A stretch of 16,550 bases of DNA from a virus. The notes beneath the pieces were generated by a model. That model saw only the letters and a program-made list of their open reading frames with translations. It did no database searches and was not told the origin of the DNA. Shown in pieces: positions 13,702 to 16,550 of this stretch. A program made the position numbers and the translations under genes. Position 1 is the stretch's first letter. Each line of letters begins with the position of its first letter. The stretch lies in the UHGV virus genome UHGV-0152507. One strand, 5' to 3'.

Positions 13702-14745
13702 ATGCCGCAATCTCATTACCGCACGGATTGGCTATGTATTGCCACATCTGGACAGGCTGTGGACGGTCGCACCATTGAACCGCAATGGTTGATTGATGCG
13801 GCAGAAACCTACTCCCGCAAAACCTACACCGCCATGATTTGGCCGCACCACCCGCAATACGATATCAGTGAGCGTGAATTTACCTGCAACCTGGGGGAAG
13901 TGGACGCGCTGAAAGTGGAAACGGAAGGTGACGTCACGAAGTTATATGCCCAGTTAATCCCGAATCAATTTTTAATTGATGCCAACCGTATGGGGCAAAA
14001 GTTATTTACGTCAGCCGAGTTTGTCACTGATTTTGCAGGAAGCGGTCGTGAATATCTTTTCGGGCTGGCCGTGACTGATATTCCGGCAAGTCTGGGAACG
14101 GAAAAACTTAAATTCGTTTTAGCCGGTGAAGAAAAGGACGCCGAGCGCGGGAGTCTGGAAACATTCAGTTTAGGAAAATTACAGACAAGTTCTTTCTGGT
14201 CGCGTTTATTTTCGGACCGCAAAGATTTTACGCCAACCCCAGAGCCAAACACTGACAAGCCCACCGAGGGCGACGGAGAAAAAATGGAAGAATTAAAAGC
14301 GCTCATTCAGCAAATGCTGGATCTGCTTAAAAGCGGTAAAGACGCCGCAACGGGTGACGCCGACACGGTTGATACACCGGAACAGGCCGCCGATGTGGTG
14401 GCAGATGTTGCCGCCCAGATCGCTGATGCTGCCGACGAGGTGGCCGAGCTGGCGCAGGACGTTATCGAAAACCCGGAAGACGAAGTCAAAGCGGAAGAAT
14501 TCAGCGCTGCCAAAGCTAACCTGGCAAAAGTCATGAAGTCATTCAATGTGACGCCAGCGAAGCGCCCACGCGCCAGCCGCCGCCGTGACTTTTCCGCCAG
14601 TCGCCAGCCAGCTGGCAACCAGATGGACAACCTTACCACGCAGCTGACTACCGTCCTGACCAAGTTGTCAGCGATGGAAAACGGCAATACGCGCCGCCCT
14701 GGCAGTGCGCCAGGCGGAAGCAAAGAACCGTTTGAGTTTATTTAA
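13702..14745 (+). CDS. O: Capsid scaffolding protein, P2 O-like
   Basis: LFGLAVTDIPASLGTEKLKF matches P2 O (LVGLAVTDDPASLGTE as recalled). Acidic, coiled-coil-like C-terminal half. First gene of the rightward late operon. Confidence 0.85.
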   Translation: MPQSHYRTDWLCIATSGQAVDGRTIEPQWLIDAAETYSRKTYTAMIWPHHPQYDISEREFTCNLGEVDALKVETEGDVTKLYAQLIPNQFLIDANRMGQKLFTSAEFVTDFAGSGREYLFGLAVTDIPASLGTEKLKFVLAGEEKDAERGSLETFSLGKLQTSSFWSRLFSDRKDFTPTPEPNTDKPTEGDGEKMEELKALIQQMLDLLKSGKDAATGDADTVDTPEQAADVVADVAAQIADAADEVAELAQDVIENPEDEVKAEEFSAAKANLAKVMKSFNVTPAKRPRASRRRDFSASRQPAGNQMDNLTTQLTTVLTKLSAMENGNTRRPGSAPGGSKEPFEFI

Positions 14746-14773
14746 CAGCCATTCTTTTCAGGAATAAAAGATT

Positions 14774-15796
14774 ATGCAATTAACCCCAAAAGCAGAGCAG
14801 ATGCTGCGTAAGTTTGCCGCAGGCCTGGCGAAAGCTAACGGCCAGGTGGACACGTCGCGCTACTTCTCGCTGACCAATCCGAAAGAAACCCAGCTGCGCA
14901 ATGCCCTGCTGCAAAGTTCTGAGTTCCTGCGCCTGCTACCCAATGTGCTGGATGTGGACCAGATCACCGGCCAGGTGGTCAGTACCGGTAAGCCGGGTAT
15001 TTACACCGGGCGTAAAAAAGATGGTCGTTTCTCCCGCGCCCTGGGCGTGTCCGGTAACGAGTACAAGCTGGTAGAAACGGATTCCGGTTCGTATCTGCCT
15101 TACTCCTTGCTGGTTGTCTGGGCGAACGCGGGCAGCGAAGAGGAGTTCTTCCAGCGTATTCAGGCATTCAGCAACGAATCTTTCGCGCTGGATATGCTGC
15201 GCGTGGCGTTCAACGGTACGAGTGTTGCAGAAGATACAGACCCGGAAGCCAACCCGAATGGCGAAGACGTCAACATCGGCTGGCACAAAATAGTTAAAGA
15301 GCGTTCATCTGAGCAGATTATTTCTGATGCCGTCACTATCGGCGCGTCGGGTGCTGACTTTATTGGTCTGGATGCGGCAGTCACTGACCTGGTGCACACC
15401 TGTATTTATGAGCCATTCCGCAATGACCCGCGTCTGGTCGTGCTGGCTTCCGCTGACCTTATCGGCAACGACGCCACCACCATGATGAATAAGATTGATC
15501 GCCCGACTGAGAAAGTCGCCGCGCAGCTTATTGGCCGTCAGATTGCTGGCCGTACCGTGTACACCCCACCGTTTATGCCGGAGGGCCGTCTTATCGTCAC
15601 CACGCTGGACAACCTGCATATCTACACCCAGCAGGGTACACGTAAGCGTAAAGCAGAATGGAACGACGACCGCAAGCGCTTCGAGAATAACTATCTGCGC
15701 ATGGAAGGTTACGGCGTCGAGCATGACGAGCTGTATGCGGCATTCGACAAAATCACCCTTGCGACCGGCGAAGTTGCACCGGGAGGGGGCGCGTAA
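14774..15796 (+). CDS. N: Major capsid protein, P2 N-like
   Basis: 340 aa, directly downstream of O. Size and position match P2 N; sequence resemblance to P2 N was judged from memory. Confidence 0.85.
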   Translation: MQLTPKAEQMLRKFAAGLAKANGQVDTSRYFSLTNPKETQLRNALLQSSEFLRLLPNVLDVDQITGQVVSTGKPGIYTGRKKDGRFSRALGVSGNEYKLVETDSGSYLPYSLLVVWANAGSEEEFFQRIQAFSNESFALDMLRVAFNGTSVAEDTDPEANPNGEDVNIGWHKIVKERSSEQIISDAVTIGASGADFIGLDAAVTDLVHTCIYEPFRNDPRLVVLASADLIGNDATTMMNKIDRPTEKVAAQLIGRQIAGRTVYTPPFMPEGRLIVTTLDNLHIYTQQGTRKRKAEWNDDRKRFENNYLRMEGYGVEHDELYAAFDKITLATGEVAPGGGA

Positions 15797-15798
15797 AA

Positions 15799-16500
15799 AT
15801 GGCAATGACCCCGTGTCAGCGACACCGAGCACGCATGAAAGCCGCAAAGGCGCTGGATAAGTGCGAAGCCCTGACGGCATCGCCGGTCAGCTTTCACATT
15901 CAAATGCTGGAACTGGAAAAGGATGTTGAACGGCTTCGCAGTCTGACACGCGCAGACCGTATGGACATGAAGCGCGATGTTCTTCTGCCGCGCTGGATGC
16001 CGACCGTTGAAGCATACCTCGCCGGTGATGCCCGCTTTGCCAATCCGGCCCTGGTTTACTGCGTGATCTGGCTGTTCGATACGGGGGAAATGGGCAAGGC
16101 GCTGGACTGGGCTGACGTGGCTATCAGTGAGAGCCAGGCCACGCCGGAAAACTTCAAAAGCAACCTGCCTGCCTTTGTGGCCGACACGGTGCTGGAGTGG
16201 GCGATCATGCAGGCGGAAGCCGGTCACAGCATCGAACCCTATTTCAGCCGCACCTTTGAAAACATCCGCGAAAAATGGCGTTTGCACGAAGACATTAACG
16301 CGAAGTGGTTCAAGTTCGCCGGTCTTTACCTGCTGCGCGACGAGAAGGGGCAGCCGCGTGCCACTGCCGTGGATGATATGAACACGCTGGAGCAGGCCGA
16401 CGCCCTTCTGGCCCAGGCGGCGGCGTACAACAAAAACGCCGGAGTTAAGACCATGCGCGAAAAAATCCGCGCCCGGATTAACGGTCTGACCCAGCTTTAA
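15799..16500 (+). CDS. M: Terminase small (endonuclease) subunit, P2 M-like
   Basis: 233 aa, directly after N. N-terminus MAMTPCQRHRARMKAA resembles P2 M (MTSPAQRHMMRVSAAM as recalled). Order O-N-M is conserved. Confidence 0.85.
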   Translation: MAMTPCQRHRARMKAAKALDKCEALTASPVSFHIQMLELEKDVERLRSLTRADRMDMKRDVLLPRWMPTVEAYLAGDARFANPALVYCVIWLFDTGEMGKALDWADVAISESQATPENFKSNLPAFVADTVLEWAIMQAEAGHSIEPYFSRTFENIREKWRLHEDINAKWFKFAGLYLLRDEKGQPRATAVDDMNTLEQADALLAQAAAYNKNAGVKTMREKIRARINGLTQL

Positions 16501-16550
16501 AGACTCCCGCTAGCCGGGACGGGCGCGGGGGAGGCATCAACCATACGGTT

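Larger units (their letters stand above)
857..16550. mobile_element. P2-like prophage, left arm (attL side through capsid/terminase genes); continues beyond window end
   Basis: Conserved P2 gene order: int, C, cox, A, Q, P, O, N, M, each with recognisable similarity to the P2 proteins as recalled. Integrase 3' end faces the host gene. Confidence 0.85.

Noticed and set aside
15305-16287. Two roughly 190-aa minus-strand ORFs antisense to N and M (15305..15880 and 15709..16287)
   Set aside because: Shadow ORFs opposite conserved capsid and terminase genes.
1-16550. tRNA, rRNA, CRISPR array, IS element or transposase
   Set aside because: None seen: no cloverleaf-like structure in the att region, no regularly spaced direct repeats, and no transposase-like ORF or terminal inverted repeats.
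16501-16550. Start of the next late gene (P2 L-like) after M
   Set aside because: A GGAGG is present but no start codon falls within the window; the gene presumably begins beyond the window end.

Overview
The window is the left arm of a P2-like (Peduovirus-type) prophage inserted just downstream of the host hemin ABC transporter gene hmuV. All calls rest on reading the six-frame translations by eye and comparing them with P2 and other protein families from memory; no search or alignment was run. Gene order matches a P2 prophage: attL region, int and repressor C on the minus strand, then a rightward early operon (cox-like, accessory ORFs, replication gene A), a short A-to-Q cargo region, then Q and P on the minus strand and O, N, M on the plus strand. 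The early operon carries an anti-restriction-looking block: a Dam methylase with a Cys-rich tail, a DUF3850-like/Lar-like fusion, and a Dcm-like C5 methylase whose motifs are split between two reading frames. Other oddities are a 152-aa early protein that copies a conserved portal motif, an AT-rich antisense gene with its own ribosome-binding site, and an Ogr/Delta-like zinc-finger gene start-stop coupled to the portal gene. The P2 tin/old position holds only two small ORFs and no large defence system. No tRNA, rRNA, CRISPR array or IS element was recognised.
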